A stretch of DNA of 64,000 nt from an uncultured bacterium (GTDB lineage Bacteria; Krumholzibacteriota; Krumholzibacteriia; LZORAL124-64-63): the NCBI GenBank assembly GCA_963727525.1, contig CAVSGO010000005.1:96001-160000 (forward strand), given 5' to 3'. This document shows positions 1 through 10,227 of this stretch, piece after piece. Every line of letters starts with the position of its first letter. Position 1 is the first letter of the stretch. The notes under the pieces were generated by a model. That model had not been told where the DNA came from. It saw nothing but the letters and a program-made list of their open reading frames with translations, and did no database searches. Both the position numbers and the translations under genes were made by a program.

Positions 1-169
1 GACTGGTGAACGCGGGGGCCGTGAAGTTCGAGGCCGACCAGCAGGCATCGAGCACGACGCCGCGGCGGGCCAGGGCATCGATACAGCTCGAGGTGGGACG
101 ACGGTAGCCGTAGCAACCCAGGTGGTCGGCACGGAGCGTATCGACCACGATGAGCAGGATGTTGCGCAC
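1..169 (-). CDS. Sulfatase-like hydrolase/transferase, 5' part (runs off the window edge; absent from the ORF track)
   Basis: Manual translation from GTG at 169 after AAGGAG gives [56 protein letters not shown], a typical sulfatase/alkaline-phosphatase-superfamily N-terminus. Confidence 0.85.
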   Translation of the reverse strand, partial: MRNILLIVVDTLRADHLGCYGYRRPTSSCIDALARRGVVLDACWSASNFTAPAFTS

Positions 170-208
170 GGGCGCTCCTTTGCCCGAGTACGGACTCAAA
201 GAACGATC

Positions 209-2296
209 TCAGCGAACGAGCACGAGCTTCGTGTTCACCGTCGGCTGACCCGCCACCTCGAGCCGCGCCAGGTAGACGCCCGTCGCGACACCCCGACCTG
301 CCTCGTCGGTCCCATCCCAGATCCACGCATGGTCACCGGCGGGCAGGTCGCCCCGGTACAGCGCCGCGACCTCGTGACCCCGCGGATCGTAGATCCGCAG
401 CCGCACGGCCGCCGGCGCCGCGAGACGGCAGCGCACGGTCGTGTGAGGGTTGAACGGATTCGGGAACGACGTCAAGGACGGAATCGCCGGCACCTCGCGC
501 GCGCCGATCGCGGTCGGCGCCACCCACTCGAAACACCCGATATCGGGCGCGCCGCCGAAGGGCACGGCCTGGCCGTCGAGATCCTGCGTGAGCCCCAGAT
601 CGAGGCCGGCATCGATGATGGGCGCCCCCGTGAGCGGGTGCAGGTCGAGGCCGCCCACGAATGGCGAGGCCGTGAGAGTGACCATGTTCTCCCAGGTCAC
701 GTCCGGTGCGATGATCTGGTCGCTCGCCACCGCAACGTTCGAGATCTGCGCCATGCCGCCGAATTCGGAATGGATCTGCACATCGTTGCCGGTCCCCCAG
801 AACGCGCAGTTGATCAGCGAGCAGAGCTGGTCGGGTTCCCAGCCACCGCCCTCGAGCGCCGAGCAGAAGCCGTCACCGATCGCATACGACGCGCTGTTTA
901 CCCTGTTGTCGACGAAGGTGCAGTTGCGCATGATGGCACGGGGATAGTGACGCACGATCATCCCACCACCGCGGCTGTACTCCAGGGTCTCGGTGCCGTC
1001 GGGGCGCACGCCCGCGCGGTTGCCGCGGAACTCGCAGTAGTCGTAGGTCGCCAGCTCGCCCTGGTTCGTGACCAGCGCCCCGCCTTTCATCGAACCGCCG
1101 CCCTGGTACCAGGCGGCGTTATCGATGAAACGGCAGTCGACGACGTGTCCCACGGCGTAGCGCCCGATGTACAGCCCCGCGCCCTGGGCGTTGTAGTTGT
1201 CCTGGAACAGGCATCCCGTCACCGTCACGTCGACGAGGCGGTCGAGATCGCCTTTGATGATGACGGCGCCGCCGTCGCCCGCCTGGGAGCCGTGGTCCAT
1301 CAGGCCACGGTTGTCGTGGAACTCGCAATTCTCGGCGGTGAACGACACCGGCAACATGTGACCGGCGTCGCGATGGACACGGATGCCCGCGCCCCCGCAC
1401 CAGTTGAGCGACGGCACGGTGCCCGAGCGCGAACCGTTGAGATTGCATCGGCGCATCGTGAACGAGCTGCTGTCGATGTCGATGGCTCCGGCAGGTCCGG
1501 CCGAAGAGCTGTCCAGGATATCCGTGTCTTCGCAGGTGACGACCGTCGGCACGGAATTGCCGGCGATCGCCATGGCCCCACCCTTGCCGTTGCCGACCGC
1601 AGCATTCTGCTCGAAGGTGCACGAAAGGATCTGGAGCTGGTAGCCACCACCCACCCAGAGGGCGCCACCGTTGCCGCTGGTCTGGTTGCCGACGAAAGTG
1701 CAATGTTCGAGAGTGAGGTTTGCATCGACGCCCGGGGTCAGCGCGGCGATGGCGCTGCCGGCCGAGCCGCCGGTGCGCTGGGCGCCGCGCAGGTTCTCGA
1801 AACGGCAGCGCGCGAAGAGCACCGACTGCACGAGCGAGTCCGGATTCGCCACCGTGAACGCAGCCGGCGTCCGCGGCACGCCATTGCCCAGGAAGTTCAC
1901 GGCGCGCACCTCGGTGCCCGCCAGCGTCGTCGGGACAGTGAAGGTACCGTTCGTTCCGACCTGGACCTCGGTGGCACCGGGTTCGTATTCGAGGTACCGG
2001 TTGGTGAGCAACGCCGTCAGCGTGACCGGTTCGTCGAGTACGTGCGTCTCGGGGTAGAGCAGCACCGTGTCCTGGGCCGCCGCCGACGCCAGCGCCGCCG
2101 CGAGCGTCGGGTAGCAATTCTCCGGCAGCCAGATGGAAGGCGTACTCGGCCCACCCGCCAGTGTCCCGCTGGTCCGGACATGGAACACGGCGGCACCGGC
2201 GGAACCCGCCGACACGAGCAACGACACGAACAACGACACGAGGCCCCACAACACCAGGTTCACGGCACGCGCGAACCGTACCTGCTTCATGGCCAT
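209..2296 (-). CDS. Secreted right-handed beta-helix protein with C-terminal FlgD-Ig (T9SS-CTD-like) domain
   Basis: Signal peptide; repeated CxFxxN/GGA motifs; IDAG...DLDG...PDIGCFE motif; C-terminus FPNPFNP...WDGTDEAGRGVATGVY. Start taken at ATG 2296 (2290 possible). Confidence 0.8.
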   Translation of the reverse strand: MAMKQVRFARAVNLVLWGLVSLFVSLLVSAGSAGAAVFHVRTSGTLAGGPSTPSIWLPENCYPTLAAALASAAAQDTVLLYPETHVLDEPVTLTALLTNRYLEYEPGATEVQVGTNGTFTVPTTLAGTEVRAVNFLGNGVPRTPAAFTVANPDSLVQSVLFARCRFENLRGAQRTGGSAGSAIAALTPGVDANLTLEHCTFVGNQTSGNGGALWVGGGYQLQILSCTFEQNAAVGNGKGGAMAIAGNSVPTVVTCEDTDILDSSSAGPAGAIDIDSSSFTMRRCNLNGSRSGTVPSLNWCGGAGIRVHRDAGHMLPVSFTAENCEFHDNRGLMDHGSQAGDGGAVIIKGDLDRLVDVTVTGCLFQDNYNAQGAGLYIGRYAVGHVVDCRFIDNAAWYQGGGSMKGGALVTNQGELATYDYCEFRGNRAGVRPDGTETLEYSRGGGMIVRHYPRAIMRNCTFVDNRVNSASYAIGDGFCSALEGGGWEPDQLCSLINCAFWGTGNDVQIHSEFGGMAQISNVAVASDQIIAPDVTWENMVTLTASPFVGGLDLHPLTGAPIIDAGLDLGLTQDLDGQAVPFGGAPDIGCFEWVAPTAIGAREVPAIPSLTSFPNPFNPHTTVRCRLAAPAAVRLRIYDPRGHEVAALYRGDLPAGDHAWIWDGTDEAGRGVATGVYLARLEVAGQPTVNTKLVLVR

Positions 2297-2434
2297 GACG
2301 CATGCGTCCTTTGGTCGGGTGATGGTCAGCAGTTTTTTTATACTATAACGTATTTTTAGATCTATTTCAATATGCCAGTCGGGGTGCGGCGGGGTGCCGA
2401 ACCGAGGTCGGCGCATACCACCGTTTTACGGCCG

Positions 2435-3811
2435 TTATTCTCCGTTTTTCAGGACATGGCACTCCTCCGCCCCATCCAGGACGGGAACCATCCGGGCCCG
2501 GCGCCGACCACGGTCGAGCACGACGCTCGCGAACACGCCGACGGCGAGGCCCAGGACGGCGACCAGGCCAGCGTAGGCCAGGGCCTGCATGGCCGACGGT
2601 TCTGTCGCCACCTGGGGATCGGTGATGCATGTCACGCGCTGGCTACGGGCGACCGCGAGTTCGGCCAGATGCACGTCGTCGCTCGTGACCTGCAGGTGCT
2701 CGAGGGCGTCGCTCCTGGCCGTGATCTGGGCATCGAGCTGCGTGATGCGCTCGTGGGCCTCCCGCGCATCCGCGCCCCGCGCCTGGACATCGGCGATCTG
2801 GGTCTGTAGTGCACGGCCTCGCGCACGCAAGCTCGCGAGTTCATCGGCGCGGGTCTGAACGTAGTCCGCCACCGCGCCACGCACCTGCACACGGAGATCC
2901 GCGACGACGCCGGCCTGCCGCAGCGCTACCCGGCTGCTCTCCGGGTGGTCGGCGAGCAGTTTCGTGTAGGCGACCACCTCGGCATCGAGGCGCGATCGTG
3001 CGTCGGCCAGGGGACCGACCGTGATGTCGGAAGGCACGAAATCGGGTTGCGATACCAGCGTCTCGTGCAATCGGTGAAGGGCCATCTCATGTTGAGAGAT
3101 CGTAGCGGACGTCTGCGCAAGCTCGCTGCGGAGCTGCGGCACCAGCCCGGCGTCGTCGCCCGCGCCGGCGCCGGCGGCCACGCTCCGCCTCACGGCCAGC
3201 AGGCTGTCGATCCGGGTCGTCAAGTGCGCGATCCGCGTACGGCAGTACGCGCTCGCCTGCTCATCGCGCCGATCCTGCACCAGGTAGGCGATCACCGCGT
3301 CGCGGATGGTGCGATCGACCATGATCGCCACGCGCGGCTCGGACGACGCGAAACGGATATCGAGGGCGCTGCGGTCCAACCGAGGCGCCACGTCCAGCCG
3401 GGACTGCACGAACGACCGCATGGCCAGCGGATCGCGAAGTCGGACGAGCGCCGAGTCGATCGCCATCAGCGCTGGCAGGGAATCGCGGAGAGCGGCGGCG
3501 GCGCGCTCGGCGACGGGAACGCTCATGGCGAGCTGGGCGAGGCTGTGCAAGGTGGTCGCATCGGCCACGGGTTGCCACGTCGCCGATGCTCCGTCCGTCG
3601 CCTGCTGCTCGATCAGCACGCGGCTGGTGGCGACGAACGCGCTGTTCGCCCGCAGCACCGCGAAGGCGCCGATCAGGAGCGCGGCGGCAAGGACGAGAAA
3701 CAGCCAGCCCCGGCGCCTGACGACCACGACACTCAGGCTGCGAACACCGCCAGACGCCTCGGTGACCGGCAGCGTACGTGCGTCCCGGGGAACCAGTTTC
3801 GACACGGTCAT
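2435..3811 (-). CDS. Polysaccharide co-polymerase / chain-length determinant (Wzz/GumC-like), no fused kinase
   Basis: N- and C-terminal TM helices around a long coiled coil; overlaps the stop of the Wza-like gene. Confidence 0.75.
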   Translation of the reverse strand: MTVSKLVPRDARTLPVTEASGGVRSLSVVVVRRRGWLFLVLAAALLIGAFAVLRANSAFVATSRVLIEQQATDGASATWQPVADATTLHSLAQLAMSVPVAERAAAALRDSLPALMAIDSALVRLRDPLAMRSFVQSRLDVAPRLDRSALDIRFASSEPRVAIMVDRTIRDAVIAYLVQDRRDEQASAYCRTRIAHLTTRIDSLLAVRRSVAAGAGAGDDAGLVPQLRSELAQTSATISQHEMALHRLHETLVSQPDFVPSDITVGPLADARSRLDAEVVAYTKLLADHPESSRVALRQAGVVADLRVQVRGAVADYVQTRADELASLRARGRALQTQIADVQARGADAREAHERITQLDAQITARSDALEHLQVTSDDVHLAELAVARSQRVTCITDPQVATEPSAMQALAYAGLVAVLGLAVGVFASVVLDRGRRRARMVPVLDGAEECHVLKNGE

Positions 3812-4572
3812 CTCCTGATGAGATTGCCGTCCAGGATGTAGCGCATGTCCACCGCGAGCTGGGTGTACTGGAGCAGATTCCTGATCAGACCGTCGGTGAA
3901 GGCGGCAAAATCGCCGATCGCGGACCGCGACACGTAGATGACGTCGTAGGATTGCAGATCGATGAGGGCCGGGTCGAAGCCCTTGCCGGCCGCGAAGCCG
4001 GCGAGGTTGAGTTCGCGGAAGAGGTAGCCCTGGGGCGTCACGCGGACGAGCACCACCGAGCCCTTGTCCGCATACTTCGTGAATCCGCCCGCGAGCGCAA
4101 GCGCGGCGACCACCGAGAAACCGGCGCCGGGAATCTCGTAGGCTCCGGGTCGCTCGACCTCGCCCAGGACGTAGACGTCGTTAGCGCCCAGTTCCCTGAC
4201 GGACACCGCGATTCTCGGCTCCCGGAACTCCTTGGCATAAGCGCGCGTGAGGACATCATCAAGTTCGGAGAGCGTGAGACCGGCCACCATGATCTGGTCC
4301 AGGCCGAAGAAGCTCGCGCGTCCGTCAGGCAGTACGAGCACGGAGTCCTGATTGAGCTGTTCGTTAAACATATCCTGCACGCCGAGGGTATCGCCGCGCC
4401 GGATCAGGTACTCGCGCTTGTCGAGCGCCTGCATCCGGGCCTGCTGCTCGGGCGAGAACCCCAGGGTCATCTCCCGCTTCACGGCCGGCCCCATCGCCGC
4501 ACCGCTGCAGCCGCTCAGGATCGCGAGGCCGCACAATCCGACCATGACTCTCAACACCGCGCGCATGACCAT
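3808..4572 (-). CDS. wza: Polysaccharide export lipoprotein (Wza/OPX family, SLBB domain)
   Basis: Lipobox LSGC; YLIRRGDTL, VLPDGR, VYVLGEVERPG and ALALAGGF motifs; GAGGAG RBS before ATG 4572. Confidence 0.85.
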   Translation of the reverse strand: MVMRAVLRVMVGLCGLAILSGCSGAAMGPAVKREMTLGFSPEQQARMQALDKREYLIRRGDTLGVQDMFNEQLNQDSVLVLPDGRASFFGLDQIMVAGLTLSELDDVLTRAYAKEFREPRIAVSVRELGANDVYVLGEVERPGAYEIPGAGFSVVAALALAGGFTKYADKGSVVLVRVTPQGYLFRELNLAGFAAGKGFDPALIDLQSYDVIYVSRSAIGDFAAFTDGLIRNLLQYTQLAVDMRYILDGNLIRR

Positions 4573-4672
4573 GGACTCCTCTGGTACGCAAACCACCCGG
4601 ACAGATGACAACGTTGAATGCGGGGAAACCGGAATGGCAAATCGCCTGCGAGGCGATACTTTCAGGGGCGAG

Positions 4673-4701
4673 ACTCTAGGCCTAATACCGGGATGTGTCA
4701 A
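4673..4701 (-). promoter_or_regulatory. Sigma70-type promoter for wza-wzz
   Basis: TTGACA-17 nt-TAGAGT on the minus strand, about 100 nt upstream of the wza start. Confidence 0.6.
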
Positions 4702-4724
4702 CCGCCGGCCCCCCTCGCCGGATC

Positions 4725-6056
4725 TCACCCTGGCGCGGCGCGTAGACGGCGCCAGTCGCGGACCTTCTGCCGCCCCTTGAGCCAGCTCTCGCGGTAGAAC
4801 GCGAGCACCTCCCGCGGCGCGACCACGTAGGGCAAACGCGCGTCCCCCAGCCGGTTGAGAATGGCGAGGCACACCAACCGCCCTCCCAGCATGAGCAGCA
4901 CCTGGCCGGTGATGACGCCGGCCATACCGCCCAGGTGCAGGCACCCCAGGAGCACGAAGGGAGAGATCAGGAGCAAGCCGCCATAGATGTAGAGGTTCAC
5001 GTCGTTGCGGCGCATGGCCCGCAGGACGAGCTGGGCGTTCCAGAGCAGGCTGAACATGGCCAGCGCATTGATCCGGAAGATCGGCACCGCCGCCGCGTAC
5101 TGCTCCGTGAACATGGCCAGCACGAGCGGTCGGGCGATCACGATGAGCAGGATCACGAACGGCACGACCACGCCATACATGCCGGTGAGGATCTCGCGCC
5201 AGAGCTTCCGGATGCCGTCCCAGTCGTCCTGCTGCTCCAGGACGGCGAACTGACCGAGAGAGACCACGGTGAGCGCTTGCAGGTAGTACGCCACGATCGG
5301 CAGCTCGGTGATGCCGTTCGAGTACACGGCGAACGCCTCGACCCCGAGGTACCGGCTCACGACCACCGGGTGCACGCGCAGCAGGAGCGACCAGGCCGCG
5401 CCTCCGAGCCCGAGCACCACCCCGTAGCCGAGTTGCGCCCGCAGCCCATGGAAGTAGCGCCGCGCCCGCAGTCCGTGCAGGCGCAGATGGACGTAGAGCA
5501 CCATGGCCAGGAAATGCGCGAGCCTCGCCACGACCAGGGTCGTGAAGATCTGGCCGATATCGCGCGTCAACGCGGCCACCACGAGCGTGGCGCCGCTCAC
5601 GCCGAGCTGCCCGACCACCTCGAACACCGCCGACGGCAGGATGCGCTGCCGGGCGCAGAGATAGCAGTCGGTCGCGGTGATCAGCATGAGGATGACGGTG
5701 TAGCACACGAGTTGCGGGTAGTGCGACGCCAGGGCCACCATGTTGAGGGCCGCGGCCAGGGGTCCCCGCACCGGCGTGATCACGGCGAACGCCACCGAGT
5801 ATACCAGCACGTTCATCGCGAGGCTGTTGACGAAATAGGCGCCGGCGTTGGCCTCGTCGCGCGGGATGAAGTAGAAGAGCGACTGGTTGATGCCGAACTG
5901 GAAGAGGATGGCGACGATCTGCTCGAGCAGGAAGAACTGGCGGTAGGCACCGTAGTCGGCCTGGACCAGGATACGCACGAGGAAGATCGGCAAGACGATG
6001 CGGATGGCGTAGCCGGCCATCTTGGACGCGAAGATGTAGAGCGACCGGTTCAGCAT
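4725..6056 (-). CDS. wzx: Oligosaccharide flippase (Wzx/MOP family)
   Basis: Many TM segments; RILVQADYGAY N-terminal motif; polysaccharide-locus context. Confidence 0.8.
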   Translation of the reverse strand: MLNRSLYIFASKMAGYAIRIVLPIFLVRILVQADYGAYRQFFLLEQIVAILFQFGINQSLFYFIPRDEANAGAYFVNSLAMNVLVYSVAFAVITPVRGPLAAALNMVALASHYPQLVCYTVILMLITATDCYLCARQRILPSAVFEVVGQLGVSGATLVVAALTRDIGQIFTTLVVARLAHFLAMVLYVHLRLHGLRARRYFHGLRAQLGYGVVLGLGGAAWSLLLRVHPVVVSRYLGVEAFAVYSNGITELPIVAYYLQALTVVSLGQFAVLEQQDDWDGIRKLWREILTGMYGVVVPFVILLIVIARPLVLAMFTEQYAAAVPIFRINALAMFSLLWNAQLVLRAMRRNDVNLYIYGGLLLISPFVLLGCLHLGGMAGVITGQVLLMLGGRLVCLAILNRLGDARLPYVVAPREVLAFYRESWLKGRQKVRDWRRLRAAPG

Positions 6057-7270
6057 CGGGCACCGCGCGATGCGCTCAGCTCGCCATAGAGCGCGCCGAG
6101 CCGCGCCGAGACCTGGGCGAACGCATAGTCCCGCTCGATCGTCGCCCGGGCGCATTGCCCGCAGTCGCGACGCCGCTGCGGATCGTCGAGCAGCGCCGCC
6201 ATGGCGTCTGCCAGCGCCGCATCATCGCCGGGCGCCACGAGCAGGCCGGCGCCCGACGCCTCCACCAGCTCCGGCAAACCATCGAGCCGGGTCGCCACCA
6301 CCGGCAACCCCCGCGCCATGGCCTCGAGCAACACCAGCGGCAGCCCCTCCCAGCGCGAGGACAGCACGAAGAGATCGGCGGCCCCCAGTTGGTCGTCGAG
6401 ATCGGTGAGGTTGCCCGGCAGCCGCACCGTGGGCGCGAGATCGGACGCCGCGATCTGGGCAGTGAGTTCCGGTCGCAACTCGCCCTCGCCACCGATCACC
6501 AGGTGGAAAGGCCGGCCCAGGTCGCGCAGGCGGGCTGCCGCCGCGACCAACGTGGCGAAATCCTTCTGTGGCGTGAGGCGACCGGCGCCCACCACGTAGG
6601 GCACGCCCGCGGCGACTCCGGCGGCCGCCCGGACGGCCGCGCGCCTCTCCGGCGTGCACGGTGGTGGCACGGTCACCCCGTTGGTGATCACCGCGAAGCG
6701 CCGCACCTCGTCCGGTGTCACGTCCAGCTCGGCGAGCAGGCTGTCGCGCACCCTCGCACTGACGGCGACGACGGCATCACATCGTCGCAGGATACGCCGG
6801 TAGGCCGCGCGGCGCAGTCGTCGGCGTACGGGGTGGTCGGCATCCCCGTAGTCGAATTCGCGCGTGTTGTGGATCGTGGCCGCCACCGCGCACACGCGGC
6901 GCTCGGCGAGCAGGAGCCCCCAGAAATTCGCGCCGGGCAGATGCGACTGCACGACCTGCACCCCATCGCTGCGGATCTGGGCGGCGAGTCGGCGATAGCC
7001 GCCGATCACCGTGCCGAAGAACGGACCCACGGAGCCGATCGGCGCCCGCGCGAGGCCGAGTGCACGCACCGTCACGCCGGGTGCGACCCGGTCGGCGAGG
7101 GGGCCGTTCGCGTCGGTGAGCACATAGAGGTAAGCCGCATCCCCGGCTTCGGCCCGGGCGTTGGCGATCTGGATCGCCAGGTTCTCGGCGCCGCCCATCC
7201 CGAGAGTCTCGATGAGCTGGGCGACAGCGAGTGGATCCCGAGCGTCTGGCCTCGGCACTTCTGGCCTCAT
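6050..7270 (-). CDS. Glycosyltransferase family 4 (GT-B)
   Basis: GGAE, GRLTPQKDF, DLFVLSSRWEGLPLVLLEAMARGLPVVAT motifs. Confidence 0.9.
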   Translation of the reverse strand: MRPEVPRPDARDPLAVAQLIETLGMGGAENLAIQIANARAEAGDAAYLYVLTDANGPLADRVAPGVTVRALGLARAPIGSVGPFFGTVIGGYRRLAAQIRSDGVQVVQSHLPGANFWGLLLAERRVCAVAATIHNTREFDYGDADHPVRRRLRRAAYRRILRRCDAVVAVSARVRDSLLAELDVTPDEVRRFAVITNGVTVPPPCTPERRAAVRAAAGVAAGVPYVVGAGRLTPQKDFATLVAAAARLRDLGRPFHLVIGGEGELRPELTAQIAASDLAPTVRLPGNLTDLDDQLGAADLFVLSSRWEGLPLVLLEAMARGLPVVATRLDGLPELVEASGAGLLVAPGDDAALADAMAALLDDPQRRRDCGQCARATIERDYAFAQVSARLGALYGELSASRGARC

Positions 7271-7280
7271 GGCGAGACCA

Positions 7281-8744
7281 TCACTCCCCGTACGGGATGA
7301 GCTGCGTGTAGGCCAACGAGGCCGTCTGATGGAGCCGCGACTCCGCTGCCGTCGCAGCCGCGCGATCGGCGAACGGACCAATGCAGACCCGGTACCAGGT
7401 CTTGCCGTCCACGGCCCGCGGCCGCGAGAACGCGGCATAGCCCTGGGCCTGGAGGCGTGACACGAGCCGACTGGCGCCCGCCGGATCGCGGAATGACGCC
7501 ACATGGACGGCAACCTTCCCGGCGACCCCCGGCGCCGTCGTCGAAGCCGGCGCCGCCATCGCGTCCGATGCCAGGGGCGAACCGTGGTCCCCCGCGTCAT
7601 TGCCCACCTCGGCACGCGCGGGCATCATCGCATCGGTGGTGTTCGTCGGCTGTCGCGTGAAGGTCCGCACGAGGTCGGGACCTTTCCAGAAACCCAGGAC
7701 CACCAGGGTCGCCACCACGGGCAACAGGATCGCAAGCGCCAGGCGCCCGCGGCCCCTGCGGGTCGGTTCGCGGCCGAACGCCGCGGTGGGCCCCGGATAG
7801 GGCACCGCGTTCACCGGTCGCACGGTGTCTTCGATGCTCGGTCCGCCGGGCGTGTGCAGCGGCGGTCGGGGCGTCGCTTCGGCCGGCGCGGCGGTCGCAC
7901 CGGCGAAAGGAGCCGCGGCGGGCTTGAAGAGCGGGGTCTCGTCAGTCACCGGCGGCAGATCCTCGGCGCGCACGTGCTTCGCTTCCACTTGCCGCTTGCC
8001 GTCGACGAAGGCCGCCAGGAGGCCACGGGAGGCCAGAATGTTCACCACGCGCGGGATCCCCTGGCTCAGTTCATAGATTCGATCGAAGGCGCCGCTCTTG
8101 AACAGAGGCTCCGGACAGCCGGCCACGCGGTCGCGGTGGTCGATATACTCCTCCACCTCACGCCGGCTCAGGGGCTCCAGACGATAGCGGACGCGAATGC
8201 GCTGGTTGAGCTGCGCGAGCTGCGGCCGACCGATCGTGGACTCGAGGGCGGGCTGCCCCACCAGGATGAGCTGCAACACCTGCTCCTCGGGCGACGACAG
8301 GTTCAGCACCAGGCGCAACCCCTCGAGCGTATCGGCGTCGAGCTGCTGCGCCTCATCGATGATGATCAGGACCTTGCGGCCGTCGCGCCGCATGTCGCGC
8401 AGCACGGCCTTGAGTTGCTGCAGCAGGTCGGGAATATCGGGTCGACCCTCAACCCGCTGGTCCAGCTCCAGCAAGATGTACTTGAGCAGTTCCTCGAACG
8501 TCATGCGTGTGACGTTCACGAGCACAGGCCGCAAATGGCGCGCCACCTGATTCAGCAGATAGTGGACGGCAAGGGTCTTGCCCGTGCCGATCCCACCGGT
8601 GATGAGAATGATGTCCTCGTCCTGCTCGATGCCGTAGACGAGATGGGCCATCGTCTCCCCGAAAGCCTTGGACTGATACACGAAGACGAGCTTGGGGGAG
8701 AGAGGGAACGGGTCGGTGTGCATCCCGAAGTGCGCGTGGTACAT
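7281..8744 (-). CDS. ExeA/GspA-like AAA ATPase with TM helix and C-terminal SPOR domain
   Basis: MYHAHFGMHTDPF start; Walker A GGIGTGKT; Walker B IIIDEAQ; LVGQP; SQGIPRVVN; SPOR-like VHVASF...WYRVCIGPF. Confidence 0.85.
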   Translation of the reverse strand: MYHAHFGMHTDPFPLSPKLVFVYQSKAFGETMAHLVYGIEQDEDIILITGGIGTGKTLAVHYLLNQVARHLRPVLVNVTRMTFEELLKYILLELDQRVEGRPDIPDLLQQLKAVLRDMRRDGRKVLIIIDEAQQLDADTLEGLRLVLNLSSPEEQVLQLILVGQPALESTIGRPQLAQLNQRIRVRYRLEPLSRREVEEYIDHRDRVAGCPEPLFKSGAFDRIYELSQGIPRVVNILASRGLLAAFVDGKRQVEAKHVRAEDLPPVTDETPLFKPAAAPFAGATAAPAEATPRPPLHTPGGPSIEDTVRPVNAVPYPGPTAAFGREPTRRGRGRLALAILLPVVATLVVLGFWKGPDLVRTFTRQPTNTTDAMMPARAEVGNDAGDHGSPLASDAMAAPASTTAPGVAGKVAVHVASFRDPAGASRLVSRLQAQGYAAFSRPRAVDGKTWYRVCIGPFADRAAATAAESRLHQTASLAYTQLIPYGE

Positions 8745-8929
8745 GCACCGCTCCTGCAAGCCGTGGGGTCGAGGTTCATGGCGACGGACGCCTCCCATGA
8801 TAACCCCTGGGCGCCGTTCCGGTACACCATTTCGTCAAAATCCTGGGCACGATGCGGGTTCCTGTCTAGAATGACGGCAGCCACCCCGTGACGCGGCAAC
8901 CGGACGGGACGAGTCGTCAGGAGCCGATC

Positions 8930-9949
8930 GTGAAGACCTTTCCTTGCTCGGCGCGCGGTTCGCGGACCGTGCGCATGCTGTGCCCCTTGGTGTTGCTGCT
9001 GGCCGGTGCTCCAGCAGCCGCCGGAGCCGTGCATCTTGGCGGCGTGGCGCCCGACCGCCCCGACGAACCGGGATTCGCCTGGCTACGCGAGTCCTTCACG
9101 TGCGCGCCGGTCGACACGTTGACGGTGGGCGTGGCGTGGCGGGACACGGTCCACGGGGACACGTCCGGGGGGACGAACGCGGCCACGACCTACGCCTGCC
9201 GCGCCTGGACGGAGGATGGTCCGGAGCTGACGTATCGCCTGGAGGTGGCCGAGACGACGGAGCTGGTGGCTGTCCTGAGCGATCTCGGGGGCATCGACCT
9301 CGACCTCGTACTGCTGACCACCTGCGACACGGATGCGTGCGTCGCACAGGAGAACACGGGATTCGTGGCCGTGCTCGACCCGGGCACGTACATCCTCGTC
9401 GTCGACGGCTACGACGGCGACGCGGGCCCGTTCACCCTCACCTTCGCTGGCAGCTACCCCGGCGTACCCCCGCAGGTATGCGAGGCGGGCGGCGCCACAC
9501 CCCTCGACCTCGTCGCGCCATCGCACTCCGTCGATGGCGACCTCTTCGGCAAGCCGAACGAGATCTCCGCTTACCCCCCGTGCAGCGACGTGGCTCACCT
9601 CGGCGGCGAGGACTGGTTCGCCCTCACCGTCCCCGCCGACAGTGTCGGCGCCCACCGGCGCATCGCCATCGTCGCCACCGGACAGAACGCCGCGCTCGAC
9701 CTCGCGCTCTGGCTCTTCGACGGCTGTGGTCCGGACGCCACGTGTCTCGACTTCGCCGACGCGGGCGTGGGGGGAACCAGCGAGTCCCTGGAACTGGAAA
9801 GTGCGGGCGACACCGCGCGTATCGTGTACCTCGCCGTGGACGCCCTGCGGTCTGTCACCGAGGGCGGCGGCGCGTATACCCTGCAAGCGAACACGACGTT
9901 GCCTGTCGAGAGCCGCTCCTGGGGCGACGTGCGCACGTTATTTCGCTAG
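8930..9949 (+). CDS. Secreted Cys-containing beta-sandwich (PPC-like repeat) protein with short C-terminal tag
   Basis: Signal peptide; two similar DLDLVL/GTYILVVDG-type modules; ends LPVESRSWGDVRTLFR; CAGGAG before GTG 8930. Confidence 0.65.
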   Translation: MKTFPCSARGSRTVRMLCPLVLLLAGAPAAAGAVHLGGVAPDRPDEPGFAWLRESFTCAPVDTLTVGVAWRDTVHGDTSGGTNAATTYACRAWTEDGPELTYRLEVAETTELVAVLSDLGGIDLDLVLLTTCDTDACVAQENTGFVAVLDPGTYILVVDGYDGDAGPFTLTFAGSYPGVPPQVCEAGGATPLDLVAPSHSVDGDLFGKPNEISAYPPCSDVAHLGGEDWFALTVPADSVGAHRRIAIVATGQNAALDLALWLFDGCGPDATCLDFADAGVGGTSESLELESAGDTARIVYLAVDALRSVTEGGGAYTLQANTTLPVESRSWGDVRTLFR

Positions 9950-10198
9950 CCGCCGTGGCGCCGGACGGGCACTTTGCGAGCGTCCACCCGCCGCAATGGG
10001 GCGCCGACGGACGCGGCGGGACACGATGGACCACGCGGACGGAGCGGGCATTGTCCGTGCATGACCGGGAGCACGCCTCCCGGGGTTCCTGCCCGATGGA
10101 TCCTGCCGTGGACCGCCTGGTCCTCCATGCGTTCCCCGGGAGGCGGCACCCGCCCGCCGCCAGGACTTGATCCGCGTCCACTCAGTGCTTAATCTCCC

Positions 10199-10227
10199 TT
10201 GATTCGCACGGACGCTCCTCGTATGCG
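10199..10227 (+). promoter_or_regulatory. Possible sigma70 promoter of the top6B operon
   Basis: TTGATT-17 nt-TATGCG just upstream of ATG 10243. Confidence 0.4.

Noticed and set aside
2210-2242. 12-bp imperfect tandem repeat
   Set aside because: It encodes VSLF/VSLL in a signal peptide; too short to be an array.
122-2359. Long antisense or alternate-frame ORFs (also 19454-21064, 25309-27318, 41277-44048, 55833-57158 and many more)
   Set aside because: They shadow well-supported genes, are Arg/Gly/Ala-rich and carry no motifs, as expected from stop-codon scarcity at high GC.
2333-2373. AT-rich islands before several FlgD-Ig genes (also about 19465, 36590, 53220) as a shared operator
   Set aside because: I could not derive a common motif by eye; ordinary promoter composition is sufficient.
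4636-4667. GGCAAA plus GNRA hairpin resembling a c-di-GMP-I riboswitch
   Set aside because: It is on the wrong strand for wza and lacks the downstream GACGCAAAGC and second stem.
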